Shown piece by piece: positions 29,301-38,770 of a DNA stretch of 64,000 nucleotides. Every line of letters begins with the position of its first letter. Within the stretch, counting starts at the first letter, position 1. The translations under genes and the position numbers were made by a program. The notes beneath the pieces were generated by a model. It did no database searches, was not told the origin of the DNA, and saw nothing but the letters and a program-made list of their open reading frames with translations. Source of the stretch: Bacteroidales bacterium (GTDB lineage: Bacteria; Bacteroidota; Bacteroidia; Bacteroidales; WCHB1-69); the NCBI GenBank assembly GCA_017454945.1, contig JAFTCA010000121.1, forward strand, positions 118 to 64,117. Reading direction: 5' to 3'.

Positions 29301-30266
29301 ATGACTATAAATAACTTAGAAGACTATTTCAACCAAGAGACGGGACAGCAGTCGCCCGCCAACTTGTACGAGCCCATACAGTATATTCTCACACAAGGCG
29401 GGAAGCGCATCCGCCCGCGGCTGGTCATGATTGGCACCGAGCTGTTCGGTGGCAACACGGAGCAAGCTTTCCATGCTGCCGCCGCCTTCGAGATGTTGCA
29501 CAACTTCACCCTCATCCATGACGACATCATGGACGACGCACCCATTCGTCGCGGCAAGCCCACCGTCTATCGCAAGTGGAACAGCAACATCGCCATTCTG
29601 TCGGGCGATGCCCTGTCGGCCATGGCGCTGCGCGAAATACTGAAAACGCCCTGCGATCCTGAGACTGCTGTGCGCCTATCGCAGTTGATGGCCGAGACTG
29701 GCGTAGGCATCTGCGAAGGGCAGCAACTGGACCTCGACTTTGAGAGTCGCAACGAAGTGTCTATCAGCGAATACATTGAGATGATACGGCTCAAAACCGC
29801 CGTATTGCTCACCGCCTGCCTCAAAGCCGGCGCCATCATTGCCGGTGCTAACGAGCACAACCTGGCAGCCGTCGACGAGTTCGGCACTAACCTCGGACTC
29901 GCCTTCCAACTGAAAGACGACCTGCTGGATGTCTATGCCGATGACACTGTTTTCGGCAAAGTTAATGGCGGCGACATCAAGGTTAACAAGAAAACCTACC
30001 TCTACCTGAAAGCTTTAGAAGACGCCAACCCCGAACAGAAAAAGATTCTCGACCACTATTTCTCGTCCACCGATTTTGACTTTGACGAAAAGTACAACGC
30101 TATCAAGAAAGTGTATGAAGAGTTGGCTATACGCCAAAAGACCGAGCAGGCCATCGAAGCCTATGTGCAGAAAGGCCTCAACGCACTGCAAACAATGGAT
30201 GTTGACGCACAACGCAAAGCCGAGCTTTCGACCTTAATCACCGACATGAGCAATCGCAATAAATAA
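29301..30266 (+). CDS. polyprenyl (farnesyl/geranylgeranyl) diphosphate synthase
   Basis: GGKRIRP, first Asp-rich motif HDDIMD..RRGK, GQQLDL, second motif FQLKDDLLD. Confidence 0.93.
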   Translation: MTINNLEDYFNQETGQQSPANLYEPIQYILTQGGKRIRPRLVMIGTELFGGNTEQAFHAAAAFEMLHNFTLIHDDIMDDAPIRRGKPTVYRKWNSNIAILSGDALSAMALREILKTPCDPETAVRLSQLMAETGVGICEGQQLDLDFESRNEVSISEYIEMIRLKTAVLLTACLKAGAIIAGANEHNLAAVDEFGTNLGLAFQLKDDLLDVYADDTVFGKVNGGDIKVNKKTYLYLKALEDANPEQKKILDHYFSSTDFDFDEKYNAIKKVYEELAIRQKTEQAIEAYVQKGLNALQTMDVDAQRKAELSTLITDMSNRNK

Positions 30267-30269
30267 GTC

Positions 30270-32078
30270 ATGTACAACAACTTGCAGAATCGGAAATACA
30301 TAGTCGTTGGCGCGATGGCCATCATCATGTTCATCCTGCTATGCCGACTGTTTTATCTGCAGTTGATTGAAAGTTCTTATAAGGATGCTGCCGACAACAA
30401 CGCATTGCGCTACATTACTGAGCATCCCGACCGCGGCCTCATTTTCGATCGCAAAGATTCGCTAATGGTCTATAATGAAGCCGCTTACGACCTGATGGTT
30501 GTGCCTAACGAGTTGCGCGAATTTGACACCATAGACCTCTGCAAAACCCTTGAGATAGACAAGGAGACGCTCATCAAGAGGTTAGAAAAAGCCAAGAACT
30601 ACTCCCCGATGATACCCTCCATCTTCGAGCAACAGATGTCGAAGGAGGCTTGCGGTTCCTTGCAGGAGAAACTGTTCAAATTTCCAGGCTTCTTCGTACA
30701 AAACCGAACCCTACGCTCCTATCCCGCACCCATTGCCGCCCACATTTTAGGCTACATTGGCGAGGTGAACAGTAACACGATTGAAGAAGAACCCTACTAC
30801 CAAATGGGCGATTACATCGGCATTAGCGGTATCGAGAAAGCCTACGAGGAAGAATTGCGTGGTGTAAAAGGACGCCGTATCGTGCTGGTAGATGTGCACA
30901 ACCGCGAAAAAGGAAGCTACAAGAACGGCAAAGAGGATGTCAAGGCACAACCTGGCAAAGACCTGTGGTGCACCCTCGACATGGACTTGCAGAAATATGG
31001 CGAGAAACTAATGGAAGGCAAAAGAGGCAGTATCGTTGCCATCGAGCCCTCCACAGGCGAAATCCTATGCATTGTCTCCAGTCCTAGCTACGACCCCAAT
31101 CTGCTGGTAGGTAAAGACCGCAGCAAGAACTATGTCAAGTTGTTGCGCGATTCAGTCAAGGTACCGCTATTCAACCGAGCCCTAATGGCCTCCTACCCAC
31201 CCGGCTCCACTTTCAAACTGGCTAACGGCTTAATTGCCTTACAAGAAGGTATCATCAACACCTCGACATCTTACTACTGCGGCGGTGGCTACAACATCGG
31301 CAACCACACCATCGGCTGCCACCATGGCGGTGCCACCAACATCGTGGCCGCCGTGCAACATTCGTGCAACACTTTCTTCTGCAAAGCCTTCTATAACATT
31401 GTCTCTAACAAAAAGAAATACAAAACGATACAGGAAGGCTACACTGCCTGGCGCAACTACATCAACGGCCTGGGCTTCGGACAGAAGTTCAACACCGACT
31501 TGCCCTACGAGCTGGCGGGATCCATTCCCACCGCCGACTACTTCGACCGCAAATACAGCGGCCACTGGAACGGCAACTCCATCGTCTCCATGGGTATCGG
31601 TCAGGGAGAAGCGGGCACCACACCTTTGCAGATGGCCAACCTACTGTGTATCATCGCCAACCACGGCTACTACATCAAACCGCACATTGTCAAGGCCATC
31701 GGCAGCAAAGACAATCCCAACGACCAGTTCTCTGAACGCATCAACAGCGGCATCGACGCTAAGCACTTTATCCCCATCATCAAGGGTATGGAATTGGTTA
31801 TGACACAGGGCACGGCGCGTTTGTCGAATGTGCCGGGACTGAAAATTGCCGGCAAGACCGGTACCGCACAGAACCCTCACGGCCGCGACCACTCGGTATT
31901 TGCGTGCTTCGCTCCCAGCGATAAGCCACAAATTGCTGTGTTTGTGTTAGTTGAAAATGGAGGCTGGGGAGGCGTTGTGGCAGCTCCCATCGCTACGCTG
32001 ATGCTGGAGCATTACCTCAAAGGTGAGACCTCGCGTCCCGATGTGGAAAAGAACATTTTAACCATGAAATTCTACTAA
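30270..32078 (+). CDS. mrdA: penicillin-binding protein 2
   Basis: N-terminal TM segment, RGLIFDR, YPPGSTFK (SxxK), SCN (SxN) and KTGTAQ. Confidence 0.95.
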   Translation: MYNNLQNRKYIVVGAMAIIMFILLCRLFYLQLIESSYKDAADNNALRYITEHPDRGLIFDRKDSLMVYNEAAYDLMVVPNELREFDTIDLCKTLEIDKETLIKRLEKAKNYSPMIPSIFEQQMSKEACGSLQEKLFKFPGFFVQNRTLRSYPAPIAAHILGYIGEVNSNTIEEEPYYQMGDYIGISGIEKAYEEELRGVKGRRIVLVDVHNREKGSYKNGKEDVKAQPGKDLWCTLDMDLQKYGEKLMEGKRGSIVAIEPSTGEILCIVSSPSYDPNLLVGKDRSKNYVKLLRDSVKVPLFNRALMASYPPGSTFKLANGLIALQEGIINTSTSYYCGGGYNIGNHTIGCHHGGATNIVAAVQHSCNTFFCKAFYNIVSNKKKYKTIQEGYTAWRNYINGLGFGQKFNTDLPYELAGSIPTADYFDRKYSGHWNGNSIVSMGIGQGEAGTTPLQMANLLCIIANHGYYIKPHIVKAIGSKDNPNDQFSERINSGIDAKHFIPIIKGMELVMTQGTARLSNVPGLKIAGKTGTAQNPHGRDHSVFACFAPSDKPQIAVFVLVENGGWGGVVAAPIATLMLEHYLKGETSRPDVEKNILTMKFY

Positions 32079-32079
32079 C

Positions 32080-33333
32080 ATGTACACGGACCCACGACAG
32101 CGAATTTCGAGAGGATTTGACGTGCGCCTCATTGCCGTCTACCTGGCACTGATTATCATCGGTTGGCTGGCGGTATTCTCATCGTCGTACGATCCCCACG
32201 CTGCCACCGGCTTTTTCGACTTCAGTAAGCCCTACTGCAAACAGCTCATCTGGATGGGCGCCTCCATCTTGCTGGCCGTCGTACTATTACTCATCGAAAG
32301 TCGTATATATCAATACTTTGCCTATCATATATATGTCGTCTGCATACTGATTATGGTGGCGGTACTCTTTGTCGGCACCGAGATTTCCGGTGCCAAAGCG
32401 TGGATTAAAATCGGCAGTTTCAGCATACAGCCCACCGAGTTTGCCAAATGTGCCACAGCCCTGGCACTGGCCAAGTTCCTGAACGAAGGCAAGACGGTTT
32501 CGGAGCGTAAGAACATCTGGTTCCTCGCCTCCATCTTCCTGATAGTGCCCATTGCCATCACCATCTTACAGCACGATGCCGGCTCGGCGTTGGTTTTCTT
32601 ATCCTTCATCATCCTTTTCTACCGCGAAGGACTGAACCAAGACTTTATCATTGTCGCGTTGTTTGCCGCCCTGCTAGCCGTTGTCACACTTATGTTTAAC
32701 GAAGTGTACAGTTTGGCGCTGTTGCTCACCACCTATCTTGCCCTTTGGTTTTTCAACCGACGCAACAAAAAACGAATTATCCGCTACTCCATTCTGTTAG
32801 GTGTGGGCATTGCGCTAATTTTCGCTGTCAACCTGGCATACGAACACATACTGGAACCTCATCAGAAACAGCGTATTGAGAGTCTTTTCGGCCGTACTTC
32901 CGACCCGTCAGGTATCGACTTCAACATCACCCAGTCGAAGATTGCTATCGGCTCGGGACGACTTTTCGGCAAAGGCATCGGCAACGGCACCCAGACCAAG
33001 TACAACTTCGTGCCTGAGCAGAGCACCGACTTTGTATTCTGCGGCATTGGCGAGGAGATGGGCTTTATGGGCAGCCTGATCATCTTCGGCCTCTTCGGCT
33101 ACCTCATCTTCCGCATCATCACGCTATCGGAAAAACAGCGCAATCCCTTCGTGAAGTACTACGGCTACGGCATCGCCTCGGTCATCTTCTTCCACTTTGT
33201 CGTCAACATCGGCATGACCATCGGCTTGGTGCCCGTCATCGGCATCCCGCTGCCGTTCATCAGCTACGGTGGCTCCTCGCTGCTCAGCTTTACCACCATG
33301 CTCTTTATTTTCATCAAGCTAAACGAAAGTTAA
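32080..33333 (+). CDS. rodA: rod shape-determining protein RodA (SEDS)
   Basis: GAKAWI, QPTEFAK, QSKIAIGSG, VPEQSTDF and GIPLPFISYGGSS. Directly after mrdA. Confidence 0.95.
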   Translation: MYTDPRQRISRGFDVRLIAVYLALIIIGWLAVFSSSYDPHAATGFFDFSKPYCKQLIWMGASILLAVVLLLIESRIYQYFAYHIYVVCILIMVAVLFVGTEISGAKAWIKIGSFSIQPTEFAKCATALALAKFLNEGKTVSERKNIWFLASIFLIVPIAITILQHDAGSALVFLSFIILFYREGLNQDFIIVALFAALLAVVTLMFNEVYSLALLLTTYLALWFFNRRNKKRIIRYSILLGVGIALIFAVNLAYEHILEPHQKQRIESLFGRTSDPSGIDFNITQSKIAIGSGRLFGKGIGNGTQTKYNFVPEQSTDFVFCGIGEEMGFMGSLIIFGLFGYLIFRIITLSEKQRNPFVKYYGYGIASVIFFHFVVNIGMTIGLVPVIGIPLPFISYGGSSLLSFTTMLFIFIKLNES

Positions 33334-33373
33334 TGGCGAAAACATCTGAAGCTCAGAGCTTTAAACAAAGACT

Positions 33374-34111
33374 ATGACGACAATGTTTCTCTCCATTCTC
33401 TTTTCTATCTTAGGCTTGGTCCTCCTTGCCAAAATTCTTCCTTCTAAAGGTAAAGCTGGGGAAAGGCGTGTGGCAAAGATTCTATCAAAGTTACCCGAAG
33501 AAGAATACAAAGTAATCAACAACCTACTTTTTAGCCAAAACGGACGAACTACGCAAATTGACCATGTAGTTGTTTCCAAATACGGCATTTTTGTTATTGA
33601 AACGAAATTCTATAACGGTTGGATTTATGGTGGGGATAATAGCGAATATTGGACACAAAATATCTATGGGAAAAAATATCAATTATGGAATCCCATTCAT
33701 CAGAACCAAGGACATATTCGAGCTCTTAAAAAACTTCTAAACAAAAATTCTTCCAACCTGTTCATTTCAATTGTCGCCTTCTCACAGCAAGCCACTCTTA
33801 AGATTAAAGGGAATGGACTTGTTATATATTGGAACCAATTAAATAATGTCATCTATTCATTTCACCAAGAAATACTTTCTTCTGAACAAGTACAAAAAGT
33901 TTATCTTGCCTTAATTGACGCTAATATAGACTCTAAAGAGAACCAAAAACAACATGTTCGCAATGTAAAGGCACATATTTATAGAAATCAAAATGCTGTT
34001 GCCAACAGACGTTGCCCACATTGTGGAGGACATCTTGTCCTGCGAAACGGGAAATACGGCAATTTTTATAGATGCAGCAATTACCCTCGTTGTAAATACA
34101 CCTACAAATAA
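33374..34111 (+). CDS. NERD nuclease-domain protein with C-terminal topoisomerase-type C4 zinc ribbon
   Basis: GKAGERRV, QIDHVVVSKYGIFVIETK, NPIHQN..H and C-terminal CPHCGGHLVLRNGKYGNFYRCSNYPRC. AT-rich compared with its neighbours. Confidence 0.9.
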   Translation: MTTMFLSILFSILGLVLLAKILPSKGKAGERRVAKILSKLPEEEYKVINNLLFSQNGRTTQIDHVVVSKYGIFVIETKFYNGWIYGGDNSEYWTQNIYGKKYQLWNPIHQNQGHIRALKKLLNKNSSNLFISIVAFSQQATLKIKGNGLVIYWNQLNNVIYSFHQEILSSEQVQKVYLALIDANIDSKENQKQHVRNVKAHIYRNQNAVANRRCPHCGGHLVLRNGKYGNFYRCSNYPRCKYTYK

Positions 34112-34219
34112 AACCGAGCATACTTATACTCCTTGTTAACACAAAAATATCACATCGCTTCATTTATCCAATTGTGGCATCTGCGGCGCATATCAAACTT
34201 GTTTCATTGAAGCATTCTG

Positions 34220-34319
34220 GCGGCGCCGCATGGAATTCGATTGGGCTTCCCGTTCAGGGGTTTCGGTCGCTTCGCTTCCTCAACCCCTGGCTACCATTCT
34301 GAAACCCCTAACGGGGTTT
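34220..34319. repeat. cluster of REP-like hairpins
   Basis: gcggcgccgc 34220-34229; caggggtt 34255-34262 ...cgcttcgct... aacccctg 34282-34289; aaacccc-taac-ggggttt 34302-34319. Confidence 0.55.
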
Positions 34320-34453
34320 GGAACCAAGGAAAACAATGACTTATCAAAACAAATATTCATCGCTCGATGATGAAATTTCCTTGTGTCAAATAAATTGTTT
34401 AATTTTGTACACTAATTTTTCTGGATACGACTCATCTTTACAAGAAGGTACTT

Positions 34454-35131
34454 ATGGGCGAAATTAAAATCATAGAAATCAAAAAAAGCGTCTTTGCTGA
34501 TAACGAACAAGACGCCAATAACCTCCGTAAAGAGCTTAAAGCCAAAGGAATATACCTTCTTAATTTGATGTCGGCACCAGGCAGTGGCAAGACCACCACC
34601 CTCATCCAGACCATCAATCGCATCAAAGATAAGTTGAACGTGGCCGTGATGGAAGCGGACATCGATAGCGACGTAGATGCCATCAAAATCAAAGAAGCCA
34701 CCGGAATTCCTTCCATACAACTGCACACTGGCGGCATGTGCCACCTTGATGCCGAGATGACCCGCCAAGGTCTGGACAATGTGACAACAGAAAATATTGA
34801 CCTCATTATACTTGAGAATGTAGGCAACCTTGTCTGCCCCGCCGAATTTGACACCGGCAGCTGCGGCAATGCCATGATTCTTTCAGTTCCCGAAGGCGAC
34901 GACAAGCCTCTCAAATATCCCTTGATGTTCTCGGTTTGCGATTTGGTAATCATCAACAAAACAGATGTTTTGCCCTATTTCGACTTTGACATGGAAAAGT
35001 GCAAAAAATACATCCTCCTACGCAACCCTCGCGCCAAGGTAATTCCTATCAGCGCCAAAACTGGCGAAGGCGTTGACGATTTTGCCAACTGGCTCGTCAA
35101 CGAAGTAAAGACTTGGAGATGTGAGAAGTAA
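34454..35131 (+). CDS. hypB: nickel-insertion GTPase HypB
   Basis: NLMSAPGSGKTT, GGMCHLDA, ENVGNLVCPAEFDTG, SVPEGDDKPLKYP and NKTD. A TAATTTTG promoter box lies at 34400-34407. Confidence 0.95.
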   Translation: MGEIKIIEIKKSVFADNEQDANNLRKELKAKGIYLLNLMSAPGSGKTTTLIQTINRIKDKLNVAVMEADIDSDVDAIKIKEATGIPSIQLHTGGMCHLDAEMTRQGLDNVTTENIDLIILENVGNLVCPAEFDTGSCGNAMILSVPEGDDKPLKYPLMFSVCDLVIINKTDVLPYFDFDMEKCKKYILLRNPRAKVIPISAKTGEGVDDFANWLVNEVKTWRCEK

Positions 35132-35196
35132 CTTCTATTTCCCCAAGTCCATCATCCAAACTCAAAATCAACAACTTACAACCTAAATACATCATT

Positions 35197-38016
35197 ATGC
35201 CTGAGATGTCCACTAAATTTGTCCCTAAACATAAAGGCGACAAGAACCCGAATCCCAAACTGTTGAAATTTGTCCAAAAGGTGACTGACCGTATTCCTGG
35301 CAAATTAAAAATGACCAGCGATGCTCCCGAATATTGGGGTTTAGCGTGCATCTTCGAAGATGAGATGGATGCCGTAACCCGCGAAGCCTCCTTAGATCTG
35401 CTGCTGGACATGCTGCCCAAAAGAGGCTTGAAAGTCCGCGAACACAGAACCTACCAACTGCTTCACCAGTGGAATGCCGAAAAGCACTACACACCTGACG
35501 ACCAGTCGTTTGACGAATTGCTGGACAAACTTTCCTACTTTGGCATGTTGGAATACGACTATGGCGATAAATACACCAAAGAGGGACCTGTACCAGGCAC
35601 TACTTACAACCGCGAGGACAGGATTTACTGGGTGCCCATGTTCGTGCCTGGCTCTGCTGAATACACCAATATGAACACCGACCTGATGGATAAACATCCC
35701 GAATTAGCGATGTTCTTCGAGCGTATGACCTTCCTTCCTCTGGAAAAGATCACCCCCAGCATTCCTATGGGCGGTGCAGGCATCGGCATGCATGTCATCC
35801 CGGTGGAAAAAGCCATCTCTATGGAAAATCAAAGTGTTGACATTGAACATATTTCATACTGGCACAAACGCTACGAGGGACATCTTGGCGTTGGCATTTG
35901 CTCGTGCCGTTATGGCCGCAAAAAACTCGATGAAGGCTGCGCCGACGACTACCGCGATTGGTGCATCGGCGTGGGCGACATGGCCGACTATCTTGCAGAA
36001 ACTGGCCGAGGCCACTATATCACTTACGACGAAGCCATGTCTATCCTCAAGAAAGCGGAAGACCACGGCTTTGTACACCAAGTGACCAACATTGACGGTG
36101 AAGGCAAGATCTTTGCCATCTGCAATTGTAACGTAAAGATTTGCAATGCCTTGCGAACCTCACAATTATTTAACACACCCAACTTGTCGCGCAGCGCCTA
36201 CGTGGCCAAGGTGGATCCGAAGAATTGTGTGGCATGCGGCCGTTGCGTAGAATACTGCCCTGCCGGCGCTGTCAGACTGGGACAGAAACTCTGCACAAAA
36301 CAAGGTGAGCAGACATATCCCAAGCAAGAGCTGCCCGATGCCAAGAAGTGGGGTCCGCACAAATGGGATGAGGACTACCGTGACAAGAACCGCATTAACT
36401 GCTACCCCTCTGGCACAGCACCTTGCAAGACAGCTTGTCCCGCACATATTGCCGTTCAGGGCTACTTGAAAAAGGCCGCAGAGGGCAAATACACTGAAGC
36501 GCTGGAACTTATCAAGCGAGAAAATCCGTTTCCCGCCGTCTGTGGCCGCGTATGCAACCGCCGCTGTGAAGACGCCTGCACGCGAGGCACTATCGACCAG
36601 CCCATCGCCATTGATGCCGTTAAGAAATTCATTGCCGAACAAGATCTCCATGCCGAAACACGCTTCATTCCCGAGGTGAACATTGCCTCAAATGTGCAAG
36701 ACCATTGGGAGGAGAAGATTGCCATCATCGGCGGCGGCCCCGCTGGCTTGAGCTGCGCCTACTATCTGGCCACAATGGGCTACAAACCCACTGTTTTTGA
36801 GAAAAATGAGATTTCTGGCGGCATGTTGCAATATGGCATCCCTTCATACAAATTGGACAAGAAAGTTATCAAAGCCGAGATTGACATCATGCGCGAAATC
36901 GGCGTAGAAATCAAGACTGGCGTTGAAGTAGGAAAAGACATTACCATACAGCAACTTAGAGAGCAAGGCTACAAAGGGTTCTACGTGGCCATCGGCTGTC
37001 AGGGCGGCAAACTTCCCGGCATTGCTGGCGAAAAACTGCCTGGCACCACCACAGCCATCGACTTCTTGCACAACTCAAATTGCGGCACGCAAGTCAGCGG
37101 TAAGGTTGTTGTCGTGGGTGGCGGCAATGTGGCCATCGATGCAGCCCGCGTGGCCATGCGCAGCGGCGCCGAGTCGGTTACCATGCTATCACTCGAAACC
37201 GAGGACATCATGCCCGCCTCTTTGGAAGAACGCCACGAAGCCCGCGAGGACGGCGTAATCATCAATCCGGGCTGGGGCCCGAAAGAAGTACTTGGAACAG
37301 ATAAGGTTAGCGGCATCGTTTTCAAGAAATGCACCTCCGTTTACGACGCCAACCACCGCTTTGCACCGCAATACGACGAACACGACCTCATCACTCTGGA
37401 TGCCGACATGGTTATCTTCGCCATCGGCCAGACGGTCATCTTGAAAGATCTGTTGAAAGACACCAAGGTGGAATTCTTCCGCGGCGTATATCCCGTAGCT
37501 GACAAGCTCACCTACCAGACTGCCGAAGAAGACATCTTTGTTGGCGGCGACTGCTACACAGGACCCAAGTTTGCCATCGACGCCATCGCCGCTGGCAAAG
37601 AGGCTGCAGAATCACTGCACCGCTACGTTCAGCATGGCCACATGACCATCGGACGCAACCGCCGCGACTTTATCGAACTTGACAAAGAGAACATTGTTGT
37701 AGAATCGTACGACAACTCCTCCAGACAAGTGGAAGGTATTGAAAGTAAAGAAGATAAATTCAGCGAGTACACCTTAACCCTGACCGAAGAGCAGGTACGA
37801 AAAGAGACCGCCCGCTGTCTGAGCTGCGGAGCTTCGGTAGTGGATGAGAACCGGTGTATTGGCTGCGGCATCTGCACAACCAAGTGCGCCTTTGATGCTA
37901 TCCACCTCTTCCGCGAACATCCCGAGGCGTCGCACATGGTGACCTCCGAAGACAAGTTCAGCGCCATCCTGCCGTATATGCTCAAGCGGACGGCCAGAAT
38001 TATCTTTAAGAAGTAA
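35197..38016 (+). CDS. multi-domain Fe-S flavoprotein oxidoreductase (GltD/NfnB-like core plus extra N-terminal domain and ferredoxin motifs)
   Basis: CVACGRCVEYCP; PCKTACP...CGRVCNRRCEDAC; FAD motif IIGGGPAG; NAD(P) motif VVGGGNVA; ARCLSC; CIGCGICTTKC. Confidence 0.9.
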   Translation: MPEMSTKFVPKHKGDKNPNPKLLKFVQKVTDRIPGKLKMTSDAPEYWGLACIFEDEMDAVTREASLDLLLDMLPKRGLKVREHRTYQLLHQWNAEKHYTPDDQSFDELLDKLSYFGMLEYDYGDKYTKEGPVPGTTYNREDRIYWVPMFVPGSAEYTNMNTDLMDKHPELAMFFERMTFLPLEKITPSIPMGGAGIGMHVIPVEKAISMENQSVDIEHISYWHKRYEGHLGVGICSCRYGRKKLDEGCADDYRDWCIGVGDMADYLAETGRGHYITYDEAMSILKKAEDHGFVHQVTNIDGEGKIFAICNCNVKICNALRTSQLFNTPNLSRSAYVAKVDPKNCVACGRCVEYCPAGAVRLGQKLCTKQGEQTYPKQELPDAKKWGPHKWDEDYRDKNRINCYPSGTAPCKTACPAHIAVQGYLKKAAEGKYTEALELIKRENPFPAVCGRVCNRRCEDACTRGTIDQPIAIDAVKKFIAEQDLHAETRFIPEVNIASNVQDHWEEKIAIIGGGPAGLSCAYYLATMGYKPTVFEKNEISGGMLQYGIPSYKLDKKVIKAEIDIMREIGVEIKTGVEVGKDITIQQLREQGYKGFYVAIGCQGGKLPGIAGEKLPGTTTAIDFLHNSNCGTQVSGKVVVVGGGNVAIDAARVAMRSGAESVTMLSLETEDIMPASLEERHEAREDGVIINPGWGPKEVLGTDKVSGIVFKKCTSVYDANHRFAPQYDEHDLITLDADMVIFAIGQTVILKDLLKDTKVEFFRGVYPVADKLTYQTAEEDIFVGGDCYTGPKFAIDAIAAGKEAAESLHRYVQHGHMTIGRNRRDFIELDKENIVVESYDNSSRQVEGIESKEDKFSEYTLTLTEEQVRKETARCLSCGASVVDENRCIGCGICTTKCAFDAIHLFREHPEASHMVTSEDKFSAILPYMLKRTARIIFKK

Positions 38017-38026
38017 ATGTTGAGAG

Positions 38027-38374
38027 ATGCACGAACTAGGAATTGTCTTCTATATTATCAAAAACGTGAAACAGGTAGCTGAGGAAAACCATGTGGACCA
38101 TGTTTCTAATGTAGTGATGGATATTGGCGAGGTTTCGACCATTATCCCCTCCTACCTCACCGATTGTTGGCGCTGGGCTGCCGACAAGGAGACTCTTCTG
38201 AAAGGGTGCAAACTCACCATCAACACCATTCCCGCGGTCACTTTGTGCGACGACTGCCATCAAGAATTCGAGACTGTGAAACATGGCAAGACCTGTCCTC
38301 ACTGTCACAGCGAAAACACATGGCTTCTACGCGGCAACGAAGTAGAAATTAAAGAGTTACAAATCGAAAGTTAA
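38027..38374 (+). CDS. hypA: nickel metallochaperone HypA/HybF
   Basis: N-terminal MHE Ni-binding motif and two CxxC motifs (CDDC, CPHC). Confidence 0.93.
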   Translation: MHELGIVFYIIKNVKQVAEENHVDHVSNVVMDIGEVSTIIPSYLTDCWRWAADKETLLKGCKLTINTIPAVTLCDDCHQEFETVKHGKTCPHCHSENTWLLRGNEVEIKELQIES

Positions 38375-38403
38375 AAGTTAATCATTTAAAACATTATAGA
38401 ATT

Positions 38404-38751
38404 ATGTCCTGCTTTTTAGTTCCTTTAACACAAGCACTGGTAACCAGTGCCTACCGAAAAAACAACGCAACGGCTATCCATTCCGACAAAGCTTCGGCGC
38501 TCAAGCGGAATGTTCCTGCCTTGGAGAAAATGCTTTGGGGCGGTTCGGTCATGCTCATTGTTGACCACATCATCAATGGCGAATTGAGTTGGAGATTCCC
38601 CTTCTTCACCGCACTGAATGACGGCTGGGGAATATTCCTCCACGAGATTCTTGCCGTGGGCGTACCGATGTCGCTGGCACTGACAGCCGTTTGGGCTATT
38701 TATGCCGTTTTGAAAGAAAAACACAAGAAAACAACCTCAATATCTATTTAA
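38404..38751 (+). CDS. small hypothetical membrane protein
   Basis: 115 aa; MSCFLVP..., LEKMLWGGSVMLIVDHIINGE and a C-terminal TM segment. Inside the hyp operon. Confidence 0.75.
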   Translation: MSCFLVPLTQALVTSAYRKNNATAIHSDKASALKRNVPALEKMLWGGSVMLIVDHIINGELSWRFPFFTALNDGWGIFLHEILAVGVPMSLALTAVWAIYAVLKEKHKKTTSISI

Positions 38752-38770
38752 TAACTTAAATTTATTTATT

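Noticed and set aside
34454-38374. Calling the hypAB locus a hydrogenase operon
   Set aside because: No [NiFe] large-subunit or [FeFe] H-cluster motifs in the 939-aa protein, and no hypCDEF in the window.
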